This document shows, piece after piece, positions 39,825-49,339 of a stretch of DNA of 64,000 nucleotides (positions are counted from its first letter, which is position 1; each line of letters begins with the position of its first letter). The stretch is from SAR86 cluster bacterium (GTDB lineage Bacteria > Pseudomonadota > Gammaproteobacteria > Magnimaribacterales > TMED112), in NCBI GenBank assembly GCA_003331605.1, contig QOPD01000004.1, forward strand, positions 1,749 to 65,748, in the 5' to 3' direction. The notes below the pieces were generated by a model, which saw only the letters and a program-made list of their open reading frames with translations, did not search any database and was not told where the DNA came from. Both the position numbers and the translations under genes were made by a program.

Positions 39825-40241
39825 GTGAAAAATTTAGCCAGATTTAAAGAAAAGGTAAATGCACGAAATATTATGGTACAGGCCATGTATCAACTTTCAT
39901 TTGGCCACAATACAGCAAAAGAGATTGAAGATTCATTTGTCAAAGAATTTACAAAAACCAAAGTTGATTACATTTTTTTTAAGAATATTTTTAAATATAC
40001 AGTAAAGAATAATGACGCTTTAAAGGAGCAAATATATTCAAAATCTGATCTTGAATTATTTGGCATAAAAAAAATTGATGTAATGGAAGAAAACATTCTT
40101 ATGCTTGTTTTGTCTGAATACAAATTGGATCAAACCCCAAAAAATATATTAATAGATGAAGCAGTTAGGCTCTCAAAAAAATTTGGGGCTGACAATGCTT
40201 ATAAATTTATTAATGCCACTCTAGATACTTTATTGAAATAA
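39825..40241 (+). CDS. nusB: transcription antitermination factor NusB
   Basis: 138 aa, GTG start. ARNIMVQAMYQLSF and a C-terminal INATLD pattern. Conserved ribH-nusB linkage. Confidence 0.85.
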   Translation: MKNLARFKEKVNARNIMVQAMYQLSFGHNTAKEIEDSFVKEFTKTKVDYIFFKNIFKYTVKNNDALKEQIYSKSDLELFGIKKIDVMEENILMLVLSEYKLDQTPKNILIDEAVRLSKKFGADNAYKFINATLDTLLK

Positions 40242-40291
40242 CAGTCTCACCAGATTTAATTTATAATCTTTAGTTCAAATAAGGAGAGAAA

Positions 40292-40831
40292 ATGAATGAC
40301 AATATTAAATTAGCTTTAATAATTGGTGGCTTGGCAGGGGGAGCAATACTGCTCAATGGCCAGCTAACAAAACAAGAATATCCAGATCATGCCATGCATA
40401 TGAAAATCCATGAAATGCATATGAGCATGATGAAGCCTGGTATGAAGAATCACGCATTGATTATTGATGACCTTGAGCTTGATCAAGATATTGATTGGAA
40501 TGCAGAAGATGGGAAAAAAATAAGAATGATTAAGAAATCATCGGGTGATGTCGACCTGCTGAAGTCAGATGCTGAAGTTATAATGTTCAAAACAGATAAA
40601 AAAATAGATGTATCAGACATAGATAGCCTCGATATAAATGAAATTGAGCAAATAATAGTTAAAGCAATCGAAGATGGTTCTGACATTGCTGAAAATCTTA
40701 AAGATATAGAGATCATTAAGTCATTTGAAGATGTTGATGTAGAAGTAAATGAAATAATCGACATCGACACTGAAGATGGAAAAAAAGTTCAAGTAAAAGT
40801 AATGGTGAACAAAAAGGCTGAACAAGATTAA
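40292..40831 (+). CDS. hypothetical membrane-anchored acidic protein with a His/Met-rich motif
   Basis: 179 aa. Strong SD (AAGGAGAG) 8 nt upstream. N-terminal TM helix LALIIGGLAGGAILL, then HAMHMKIHEMHMSMMKPGMKNH, then a D/E/I/K-rich region containing a duplicated EDGKK(I/V)xx(I/V)K element. I recognise no family. Confidence 0.55.
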   Translation: MNDNIKLALIIGGLAGGAILLNGQLTKQEYPDHAMHMKIHEMHMSMMKPGMKNHALIIDDLELDQDIDWNAEDGKKIRMIKKSSGDVDLLKSDAEVIMFKTDKKIDVSDIDSLDINEIEQIIVKAIEDGSDIAENLKDIEIIKSFEDVDVEVNEIIDIDTEDGKKVQVKVMVNKKAEQD

Positions 40832-40832
40832 A

Positions 40833-41600
40833 TTGAAAAAGATTGGATTTATTGGTTGCGGCCATTTGGCAAAGTCACTTATATCTGGCCTCGAGAAAAG
40901 TTCTGAATACAAGATAACTGGCTATGATATTTTAGAGGCAAATCTAAACTGGTTAAACGAGAGAGGTCATGCTGCAGCTGAATTAGAAGAATGCCTTGAT
41001 AATTCTGATATCTTATTTTTGAGCGTTAAACCACAAGATATGTCAGAACTATGCGCAAGCATTGCTGATCGTATCAAAGATGATTCAAATATTGTAAGTG
41101 TTGCAGCTGGGGTTAAGCTTCAAACTCTATTTGACTTATTGCCGACTAAAAAAATCTTTAGAGTCATGACAAATGTCGGCACAAAGGATAACTTAGGTGT
41201 TACAGCTGTGTATTCTCAGACAGATAATTCTGAAATTCTAAATTTATTTAATTTTCTTGGGAAAGCTTTTGAGGTAAAAGATGAGAATCAAATAGATATT
41301 CATACCGTGCTAGTCGGCAGCGGTCCAGCATTTTTCTTTGAGTTAATTAATGAATTTGAAGAGAGACTAACTGAGCTAGTAGAAGATCAAGGTAATAAAA
41401 GAGAAATTACTATTCTCTTTTTGACAAGCTTGATAAGTGCAATTAAGAATGGCGAAAACTTAGATGATCTTATTGATTCTGTTGCATCAAAAGGTGGAAC
41501 TACTGAAGCAGGATTAAACCTACTGAGAGAAAAAGGATTTGCAAAGATTTTTTCTGACGGAGTCAATAAAGGCATTCAAAGAGCCAAAGAACTATCTTAA
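40833..41600 (+). CDS. proC: pyrroline-5-carboxylate reductase
   Basis: 255 aa, TTG start. IGFIGCGHLAKSLISGL, and a C-terminal VASKGGTTEAGL. Confidence 0.85.
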   Translation: MKKIGFIGCGHLAKSLISGLEKSSEYKITGYDILEANLNWLNERGHAAAELEECLDNSDILFLSVKPQDMSELCASIADRIKDDSNIVSVAAGVKLQTLFDLLPTKKIFRVMTNVGTKDNLGVTAVYSQTDNSEILNLFNFLGKAFEVKDENQIDIHTVLVGSGPAFFFELINEFEERLTELVEDQGNKREITILFLTSLISAIKNGENLDDLIDSVASKGGTTEAGLNLLREKGFAKIFSDGVNKGIQRAKELS

Positions 41601-42854
41601 GATTAAGTCGTTTCTATTTGGGCCATTTGAAATTAAGGACACCTTTGTTTTAGTGTGCTCTTCGATTAATTCAATGAAGTGTTTTGCCTGAGCTGGCAAA
41701 TCTTCGTAAGCGTTAAATGAATTCAAAGACTGGTTCCAGCCCTCAATTTCTTTATAAATTGGTTTGACCCTATGAAGAAGTCTTGATTTAAAAGATACCT
41801 TTTGCCCATCAAGCTCATACCCAATACATACTTTAATCTTTTCGAAAGAATCTAAGACATCGAGTTTTGTGATGCACAAGCTTGTTAAATTGTTTAATCT
41901 TGCTGAATACTCTAAAGCCACCAGATCTAGCCAGCCACATCGCCTAGGTCTACCAGTTGTTGCACCAAATTCATGACCAATTTCTGCTATTTTTTTTCCA
42001 TCTTCACAAAAAAGTTCTGTGGGAAATGGTCCTGCCCCTACTCTGGTTGTGTAGGCTTTTGCTACACCCAAAACATCAGCGTAAATACTTTTTGGAAAAC
42101 CAGACCCTATACCAACTGAAGTGGCCAAAGTGTTTGAAGATGTTACATATGGATAAGTCCCATAATCGACATCCAGTAGAGTGCCTTGTGCACCTTCATA
42201 GAGAATGCTGCCTCCTTTATCATGTATAGCTTCCAAATTATCTGTAACGTCGCCAAAATATTTTGCTGCTTTCTGGAAGGTTCCTTTTAAATCCTCCAGA
42301 ACCTCAAGATTATCCATTGGATCCAAGCCATGAATAGTCTCGAACTGATAATTGTAGTAATCAACTAGGGCATTTACTTTAGACTCTAACAAATCTGAAT
42401 CTTCCAAATCAAAAGCTTTAATACTTCTTCTGGCAGTTTTATCCTCGTATGCAGGGCCTATACCTCTACGTGTAGTACCAATCGAGTTTTTTGCATCCTC
42501 TCTAAGTTGGTCAATTTTTGCGTGCAGGGGTAACAACAAGCTGCAATACCTGCTTATTTTTAATTTACCACTTAAGTCAATGCCTTTTTCTTCTAGCTGC
42601 TTTATCTCTTCGAGCAATGAGTCCAATGAAAGGATGACCCCTTGCCCTATAAAGCATGCTGTGTGGTCATAAAAAACTCCAGAAGGTATTAGATGTAATA
42701 CAAATTTTTCATCACCTTTGTATATAGTATGGCCAGCGTTGTGACCGCCTTGAAACCTACAAACTGCATCAAACTGTTTTGAAAAATAGTCGACAATCTT
42801 CCCTTTCCCTTCGTCTCCCCATTGAGTTCCAACCAGGATAAGGGATTTGCTCAT
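41592..42854 (-). CDS. purA: adenylosuccinate synthetase
   Basis: 420 aa. VGTQWGDEGKGKIVDY, GIGPAYEDK and GATTGRPRRCGW. Confidence 0.96.
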   Translation of the reverse strand: MSKSLILVGTQWGDEGKGKIVDYFSKQFDAVCRFQGGHNAGHTIYKGDEKFVLHLIPSGVFYDHTACFIGQGVILSLDSLLEEIKQLEEKGIDLSGKLKISRYCSLLLPLHAKIDQLREDAKNSIGTTRRGIGPAYEDKTARRSIKAFDLEDSDLLESKVNALVDYYNYQFETIHGLDPMDNLEVLEDLKGTFQKAAKYFGDVTDNLEAIHDKGGSILYEGAQGTLLDVDYGTYPYVTSSNTLATSVGIGSGFPKSIYADVLGVAKAYTTRVGAGPFPTELFCEDGKKIAEIGHEFGATTGRPRRCGWLDLVALEYSARLNNLTSLCITKLDVLDSFEKIKVCIGYELDGQKVSFKSRLLHRVKPIYKEIEGWNQSLNSFNAYEDLPAQAKHFIELIEEHTKTKVSLISNGPNRNDLILR

Positions 42855-42857
42855 CGA

Positions 42858-43727
42858 TTATTGTTTTACAGATTTATTTAAATACTTAAAATAGTCACTA
42901 TCAGGATCAAGAAGAAGAATATCTCCCTTATCTTTAAAAGTTTCTCTATAAGCCTTTAAACTACGTGTGAAATCATAAAACTCTGGGTCTTTGTTAAATG
43001 CATCAGCATAAGTAGCAGTTGCAATTGCATCACCTTCACCACGTATTCTTTCTGATTCTCTAGTAGCATTCGCTAAGATAATAGTTCTTTGCCTATCGGC
43101 ATCAGCTCTAATATTTTCTGCTAACTCTCTACCTTCAGCTCTTAACTCTTCAGCTATTCTATTTCTTTCAGTTTTCATTCTCTCGAATACTGAAGTTCGT
43201 ATCTCTCTTTCAAAGTCGATTCTTTTTACACGAAAATCAACAATCTCCACTCCAAGCTCACTGGAATCTTCTCCAAGTGAATTTTTTAGAGATTCCATCA
43301 ATCCATCTCTATCTCCAGACACAACTTCTTGAAGTGTTCTTTTACCGAATTCGTTTCTTAATTTATCTCTTACCCTTCTTTGCAAAGTGTCCTCAGCAAC
43401 CCTATCTTGTCCACCGTTTGTTGAGGTATAAAATGTTTCCGCATCTACTATCTTATACTTCACAAATGAATCAACTAATAAAGGTTTTGATTCGCTTGAT
43501 AAAACTCTATCCGGCTGCGTATCTAAAGTTCTAAGCCTTCCTTCAAACTTAATGGCTGTATCCATTAATGGAACTTTAAAGTTAAGGCCTGGATTTAAAG
43601 TTCTTTCAAAGGCACCCAATTTAAGAAGGATTGCTTTTTCTGTATCTTTAACAACAACAATTGCCTGTACTCCAACGACTAACAGCAGTAACGCTACAAA
43701 AAGTAAAAAATTTCCTTTATTCATCAT
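42858..43727 (-). CDS. hflC: protease modulator HflC
   Basis: 289 aa. N-terminal anchor plus an SPFH/band-7 domain. Conserved hflK-hflC-purA order. Confidence 0.9.
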   Translation of the reverse strand: MMNKGNFLLFVALLLLVVGVQAIVVVKDTEKAILLKLGAFERTLNPGLNFKVPLMDTAIKFEGRLRTLDTQPDRVLSSESKPLLVDSFVKYKIVDAETFYTSTNGGQDRVAEDTLQRRVRDKLRNEFGKRTLQEVVSGDRDGLMESLKNSLGEDSSELGVEIVDFRVKRIDFEREIRTSVFERMKTERNRIAEELRAEGRELAENIRADADRQRTIILANATRESERIRGEGDAIATATYADAFNKDPEFYDFTRSLKAYRETFKDKGDILLLDPDSDYFKYLNKSVKQ

Positions 43728-44748
43728 CTTCCTCCTCTCTTTTCATTAATTGATCTAGAGGTAAATAAAGGAGGTTATTTCCTCCTTCAACATCTATCAT
43801 TATTTTGGTGCTTGAGGAAAAAACCTGTTCTAAAGAATCTAAATAAAGTCTCTCTCTTGTAACTTCAGGGGCTTTTTCATACTCAGCTAAAAGAGCTGTA
43901 AATCTGTCAGCTTCACCTTCAGCAACTGCCATTACTTTTTGTTTGTAGGCCTCTGCATCTTGAAGTTGTCTTTGAGCATCTCCTCTTGCAACGGGCACAA
44001 TGGATAATGCATATTTTTGTGCTTCATTTCTTAATCGCTCCTTATCTTCACGAGCAGCGACCACATCTCTAAAAGAGTCAATAACCTCAGAAGGCGGTTG
44101 CCGTTGCTCAATGTTTACCTGTTGAACTGAGATCCCTGATTCGTATATTGCTAGGTACTCATCTAGCCTCAAAAGAATGCCTGAGCTAATTGCGGCAGCA
44201 CCAGATGTTAGAAGATCATCCATTAAATTTTCTCCTACAACGTGCCTAAGTGCACTTTCTGCAGCTTGTCTTATGGTTATTTCTGGATCTTCAACATTTA
44301 ACGAGTAAGCTTTTAAGTCACTAATTGTGTACTGAACGTTCAACTCTACGTCCACTATGTTTTCATCTTTAGTAAGCATATTGGTTGGCAACACAAAGGT
44401 ACGTATCTTCGAAATATTTTCAGAAGCATATATTTCTTCAATTACTGGAAAATGAAATTGCAGTCCAGGGCCTAGCACTCTGTTATATTTGCCTAGTGTG
44501 AATACAACCTCTCTATTTGCCTCGTTGATGATTCTAAGACCAAGAAATGCATAAAGGGCTAATAAAATTAACAATAAATATGAAAAATATTTCCATGTAA
44601 ATTTAAAGCTTGCGCCTCCACCATTGGAACCACTTCCTCCAGATTTGCCTGAGAAAAACATTTTTCTTAACTGCTCGATAGCATCATCAAGATCAGGAGG
44701 ATTATTTTTTCTACCCCATGGATCTTTTTCATTTGGATTCCAACTCAT
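43717..44748 (-). CDS. hflK: protease modulator HflK
   Basis: 343 aa. MSWNPNEKDPWG...PPDLDD N-terminus, Gly/Ser linker, TM segment and SPFH domain. Confidence 0.9.
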   Translation of the reverse strand: MSWNPNEKDPWGRKNNPPDLDDAIEQLRKMFFSGKSGGSGSNGGGASFKFTWKYFSYLLLILLALYAFLGLRIINEANREVVFTLGKYNRVLGPGLQFHFPVIEEIYASENISKIRTFVLPTNMLTKDENIVDVELNVQYTISDLKAYSLNVEDPEITIRQAAESALRHVVGENLMDDLLTSGAAAISSGILLRLDEYLAIYESGISVQQVNIEQRQPPSEVIDSFRDVVAAREDKERLRNEAQKYALSIVPVARGDAQRQLQDAEAYKQKVMAVAEGEADRFTALLAEYEKAPEVTRERLYLDSLEQVFSSSTKIMIDVEGGNNLLYLPLDQLMKREEEDDE

Positions 44749-45692
44749 ATACTATGTCTCCTTAAATAAGTTTCTATTGTAGCAGATAATTTATGTTTAA
44801 TTTTTGTGTCGCTACACTCTAAATGTGTGTCTATGTCTATTTTTTTCAACCAGGTTTGTTGCGATTTTATAAGTAAATTAGTGGCCTTATTGGCATTATA
44901 AAAGCAATCATCAAACGATATATCTTCAATAATATGTGGTAAGAACTGCTTGTAGTTAATTGCCTGCATACTTTGGTGTTGTTTGGTCAAGTGAAACTTT
45001 TTTATTAAGTGTTCTATTTCCTGCAATAAACCATTTTGTAAAATTTCATTAAGTCTTTTATTGGACCTCTCAGTAAGAATAGTTTTTTTATCATTTACCG
45101 CAGCTAAATGGACTGTCTTATTATCAAACAATTGAATTTTTGGTTGCTGCTTAAGAGAAGAAAGCTTTTCCCCAGTCATGTAAATGATTTCCAAAGCCCT
45201 GATAAGCCGTCGAGGATTATGTATATCTATCTTATTAAATAAAGCTTGGTCTACTGCTGCAAGCTCTGTTTGAAGTTTATTTAATCCTTTTTGCTCATAT
45301 TTTTTTTCAAGCTTCCTCCGTGTCTCTTTGCAAGAAGGAAAATCATGAAAACCATTTATTAATATATTGTGAAACATCATTGAGCCACCAACGAAGAAGG
45401 GAATTTTCCCGATAGATTTAATTTCATTAATCGATCTATCTAAAAAATCTAAAAAAATACCCAAACTAAAATTTACATTTGGAGGAATAATATCTACCAG
45501 GTGATGCTTGTATTTACTAAGTTGCGCTTTTGTTGGTTTGCAAGAACCAATATTTAAGTCTTGATAAACCATCGCTGAATCTATACTAACAATCTCTACT
45601 GGAAATCTCTGAGCAATATACAACGATAGATCGGTTTTGCCAGATGCAGTGGGACCCAGCAAAAAAATTGCAGGCATGTTGTACTTACTCAT
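44745..45692 (-). CDS. miaA: tRNA dimethylallyltransferase
   Basis: 315 aa. P-loop LLGPTASGKTDLS, SIDSAMVYQDLNIGSCKP and HHLVDI. Confidence 0.92.
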   Translation of the reverse strand: MSKYNMPAIFLLGPTASGKTDLSLYIAQRFPVEIVSIDSAMVYQDLNIGSCKPTKAQLSKYKHHLVDIIPPNVNFSLGIFLDFLDRSINEIKSIGKIPFFVGGSMMFHNILINGFHDFPSCKETRRKLEKKYEQKGLNKLQTELAAVDQALFNKIDIHNPRRLIRALEIIYMTGEKLSSLKQQPKIQLFDNKTVHLAAVNDKKTILTERSNKRLNEILQNGLLQEIEHLIKKFHLTKQHQSMQAINYKQFLPHIIEDISFDDCFYNANKATNLLIKSQQTWLKKIDIDTHLECSDTKIKHKLSATIETYLRRHSI

Positions 45693-46902
45693 CTGTTAGG
45701 GCAGAAAGGATCACCGAATAATTGCCTGAATATTTTTCAAGTTTATCTTTCTGTAAAAATAATCTTTCGTTTCTTTGAGATTCAATTTTAAGGTCTGAAA
45801 TAATGCCAGCTAATTCTTTTTTATCTTTGAAAGTCATCACTGGACCTTCAGAACAGAATATTTTCTTTAGCTCTTTAAAGTTACTTAGATTTTCTCCTGT
45901 AATGGATACAGTATTTGCATGTATAGGTTCAATAAAATTATGGCCTTTAGTAAATATAATGCTGCCTCCAACAATTGCTATATCACAGGCTGAGTACAAT
46001 TCATAAAGGTCGCCAACTCTATCAAATAAAACTATATCGGAACTTTCATGATTGTTTTGGTGAGAGTAAATTGAGTAATTAAGTCTTTGGTTTTGAAACG
46101 TACCACTTAAAGCATGAAATCGTTCGGGGTGTCTTGGTGCAATTATCAGCTGCATGTCATGCAATGACTTTAAAGCCTCTATGATAAAATCTTCCTCGCC
46201 TTCATGAGTGCTGCCAGCCACAACTTTTAACCTATTTTTTGCAAGCTTGCTGGCAATTTCATTGGCTTTTTCTTCATTAAGTCGATAGTTCTCAGAACTT
46301 AATTTTATGTTCCCTGTTACTTTAATATTGCTTGCTTGAAACTCAAGAAGATTTGATTTAATTTCATCGGTTTGAGCGAGAAACAAATCAAACCTTTTAA
46401 TAAGCTGGTCTGAAAAAGGCTTAAACAGACGCATTTTTTTGAGAGTCTTTTGTGAGATAGTGGTGTTTAGCGATATAAGTTGAACATTGTTAGGTTTTGA
46501 AAAAATTAAGTTTGGCCAAAATTCACTCTCAAACAATATGATTTTAGAAACATTAAAATTGCTGATTATTTTTTGATGCAAAAAATTCAAATCATATGGA
46601 AATGGCATTACAACAACACTATCTGTGGAGTATTTTTTTAATATTTCGGTTAATCCCGTATTGGTGGATGAGGTGAATAATATTCTTTTCTCTTCGTTGA
46701 GCAAAGAACTTACAATTCCTGATAAAGCTCTTACCTCACCAAGACTTACACCATGTATCCAAATGTGTTCATCTTGAGACTTATCAATAAAGCCAAATTT
46801 ACTTTTGAAAAAGTTAATACCTTTAACCCTTTTTGTTAGAAAGTCTCTAATAATTATCAAAGGAAGAGCTAGAATGTATATTAAGTTGTAAACAAAGATC
46901 AT
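45685..46902 (-). CDS. waaA: 3-deoxy-D-manno-octulosonic acid (Kdo) transferase
   Basis: 405 aa. N-terminal anchor, IWIHGVSLGEVRA motif and a GT30-type C-terminal half (VGGSI...GHNFIEP). Confidence 0.88.
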   Translation of the reverse strand: MIFVYNLIYILALPLIIIRDFLTKRVKGINFFKSKFGFIDKSQDEHIWIHGVSLGEVRALSGIVSSLLNEEKRILFTSSTNTGLTEILKKYSTDSVVVMPFPYDLNFLHQKIISNFNVSKIILFESEFWPNLIFSKPNNVQLISLNTTISQKTLKKMRLFKPFSDQLIKRFDLFLAQTDEIKSNLLEFQASNIKVTGNIKLSSENYRLNEEKANEIASKLAKNRLKVVAGSTHEGEEDFIIEALKSLHDMQLIIAPRHPERFHALSGTFQNQRLNYSIYSHQNNHESSDIVLFDRVGDLYELYSACDIAIVGGSIIFTKGHNFIEPIHANTVSITGENLSNFKELKKIFCSEGPVMTFKDKKELAGIISDLKIESQRNERLFLQKDKLEKYSGNYSVILSALTDE

Positions 46903-46904
46903 CG

Positions 46905-47771
46905 ATGACTCAATTAAATTTTTATCTAATTATTGCAATTACTAAGTTTATCAGTCTTTTGCCCTCTTCTATCTTCAAAAATCCAAATTCTTTAATCTGG
47001 AAATTGCTTCAGACAAGACTAAAAAAAAGAAGGAAAATTATTCAAGCAAATATCAATCATTGTTTTCAAGATAAATCAGAGGAATGGAAGACAAAACTTG
47101 TTGAAGAAATATGGTCACAAACTTTTTTCGCTCTTTATGCTAATAACCTCGCATGGAATGCATCAGAAAAGAGGATTAGCGCTTTGGATTTGGAATTATC
47201 TAACGAGAATGTCTTAATCGAAGCAATCAGCAAAAAATCTGGTGTGTTACTTCTTTTCAGACATACGCTGTATTTAGAACTATCTGCAAGATTATTAAGT
47301 TTGAAATATAAAGTTCATGGACTTGAGAGACCTAATAACAACCAATTAATACAGATGATTCAGAGAGATGGACGCTTAAAGTCAGTAAAAAGCTTGATAT
47401 CAAATTCAGATATAAAAGATTGTGTGGACTTATTGAAATCAGGAGAGGTTATTTTGTATGGGCCTGATCAAGATTATAGAAATAAGAGATCGGTAGTCTC
47501 CACTTTCTTTAATCAAGATTGTCTTACAACTACTGTGCCTTATACACTTAAAAAACTAACGGGTTGTGAATTAATTTATTTTGATTTCTTTAAGGAAGGT
47601 GATAAGTATCAAATTAAATTTGAAAGTTTTGATGACCCTTTAAACGGCTCATTTAATTTTGCTAATCAGCTGAATAAAAAAATTGAGAAAAGCATATTAC
47701 AGGCTCCCCACCAATACCTGTGGCATCACAGAAGGTTCAAATCACAAGCACCAGAAATTTATGACAAATAA
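46905..47771 (+). CDS. lipid A biosynthesis (Kdo)2-lipid IVA acyltransferase, LpxL/HtrB family
   Basis: 288 aa. Hydrophobic N-terminus, NINHCF..., and an Hx4E catalytic-type motif RHTLYLE, as in LpxL/LpxM. Divergent from waaA. Confidence 0.8.
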   Translation: MTQLNFYLIIAITKFISLLPSSIFKNPNSLIWKLLQTRLKKRRKIIQANINHCFQDKSEEWKTKLVEEIWSQTFFALYANNLAWNASEKRISALDLELSNENVLIEAISKKSGVLLLFRHTLYLELSARLLSLKYKVHGLERPNNNQLIQMIQRDGRLKSVKSLISNSDIKDCVDLLKSGEVILYGPDQDYRNKRSVVSTFFNQDCLTTTVPYTLKKLTGCELIYFDFFKEGDKYQIKFESFDDPLNGSFNFANQLNKKIEKSILQAPHQYLWHHRRFKSQAPEIYDK

Positions 47772-48375
47772 ATTCAAGAGATTTAATGAGATTAAAGGAT
47801 TCTTAGATATAGAAGAAGGCAAGTTCCTCCACGAGCTTATTATCCAACATTGTGCAAATGAGACAATCTTAGAAATTGGATCGTATTGTGGTAAATCGGC
47901 ATGCTTTTTGGCAGATGCAGCAGAACAAGTTAAAGCTACTTTTATTTCTGTAGATCATCATAGAGGATCTGAAGAGCATCAACTTGGTCAAGAGTACCAC
48001 GACCCAGAAGAATACGACGAAAGATTTAATAGAATAAATACCTATCCATCTTTTGAAAAAAACTTGGATAACATGTCTTTACTCCATGCTGTTATTCCTT
48101 TGATAACTGACTCGATATCTGCATCAAAAATAATTAAAAATGATATTGGTTTTGTCTTTATTGATGGAAGTCATACTTTTGAATCTGCAGATAATGACTT
48201 TTATGCATGGCATAAAAAAATAAAGAAAGGGGGCATCCTGGCAATTCACGATATTTATGATAGAGAGGAAGAAGGAGGACAAGCACCAAGAACAATAATG
48301 CTTAAGGCTCTTGAAACAAATTTTAAACTCCTTCGAAGGGTAAAAAGTCTTGTTGCCTTAGTTAAGACAAAATAG
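47761..48375 (+). CDS. class I SAM-dependent methyltransferase (Methyltransf_24 / CmcI-like)
   Basis: I chose ATG at 47761 (MTNKFKRF...), which overlaps the lpxL-family stop by 11 nt. The track ORF starts at 47683. ILEIGSYCGKSACFLA (motif I) and FIDGSHTFESADNDF...GGILAIHD. Confidence 0.7.
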   Translation: MTNKFKRFNEIKGFLDIEEGKFLHELIIQHCANETILEIGSYCGKSACFLADAAEQVKATFISVDHHRGSEEHQLGQEYHDPEEYDERFNRINTYPSFEKNLDNMSLLHAVIPLITDSISASKIIKNDIGFVFIDGSHTFESADNDFYAWHKKIKKGGILAIHDIYDREEEGGQAPRTIMLKALETNFKLLRRVKSLVALVKTK

Positions 48376-49339
48376 CTTTTCCCTTGCCTGTAACATCGAA
48401 CAGACAATCTGCTGCAATAACATAAGCAGCATTTGTCCAACTAGAGTTTTCTTCTGGCCAAAAAATTTTTTCAGCATATTGATAGCCTGTTGGTAGAATG
48501 CCTTCGCTGTCTTTAAAATTTGTTATTTCGTTAAATATCTGGTTTGCCATTTCAAAATCTTTGGCTCGGCATAACGCAATTATTAATTCTGAGCTTTCAG
48601 CAAATGTGACCCATGGCTCTTCAATCACACATTTTATTCCAAGACTTTCGACATGAAATTTTTTTATTTCGTCTTTTAAATGTTTGTAGTTTTCATTTAG
48701 TCCTGCAAGAAAAGGGTAATAAAAATCCATTGAAAAACGAGACCTATCTATTCCATCTCTATTAAATCTGTATTTGTTATTATTGAAACTTTCTTTTAGT
48801 AGTTCCAGTTCTTTTTTCAGGGCATTTGTTTTTGACCCATAATAATCAAAAGTATTGATTGCACATTTTAAGGATAAATAAATTGAAGCAGTAGCTGTAA
48901 TTAGCGAGTTATCACACATACCTTTTTCATCTTGGGCCCAATAAAAGCATCCCTGATCATCTCTGACATCCAATACTGCTTCGACCAAATTGTTAAGAGT
49001 TTTTAAATGGTTTTTTACATAGCTATCGTTATTACTCATTAAAAGGCATTGATAAAGAGGTACTGCTAAATAAATAGCATGATGATGTTCGTAATATTCC
49101 TTAGATGGCTGGCCTTTAATAAACTCTGATTTGATAAAAGAATTAGCATCTAAGTTAGATAAAAACCAGTCAATCCCCTTTTTAAAAGTTTTATTATCTT
49201 CCCAAATTGCCAAAGCAATAAGACATTCTAGATGGTCCCATGGATCACATTTGTCATTAAGATCCCATGCAATACTGCCATCAGGCGATTGGTTTTTTAT
49301 TATCCAATCAATATGAGGTGCCAAATCTTGCTTTTTCAT
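48362..49339 (-). CDS. (alpha/alpha)6-toroid repeat protein, often annotated prenyltransferase/terpene-cyclase-like; function unknown
   Basis: 325 aa. NQSPDGSIAW...DPWDHLECLIALAIW, RDDQGCFYWAQDEKG, KDSEGILPTGY and a C-terminal WPEENSSWTNAAYVIAA. The repeated QxxDG-aromatic pattern and helix periodicity suggest a toroid fold. Confidence 0.5.
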   Translation of the reverse strand: MKKQDLAPHIDWIIKNQSPDGSIAWDLNDKCDPWDHLECLIALAIWEDNKTFKKGIDWFLSNLDANSFIKSEFIKGQPSKEYYEHHHAIYLAVPLYQCLLMSNNDSYVKNHLKTLNNLVEAVLDVRDDQGCFYWAQDEKGMCDNSLITATASIYLSLKCAINTFDYYGSKTNALKKELELLKESFNNNKYRFNRDGIDRSRFSMDFYYPFLAGLNENYKHLKDEIKKFHVESLGIKCVIEEPWVTFAESSELIIALCRAKDFEMANQIFNEITNFKDSEGILPTGYQYAEKIFWPEENSSWTNAAYVIAADCLFDVTGKGKAILS

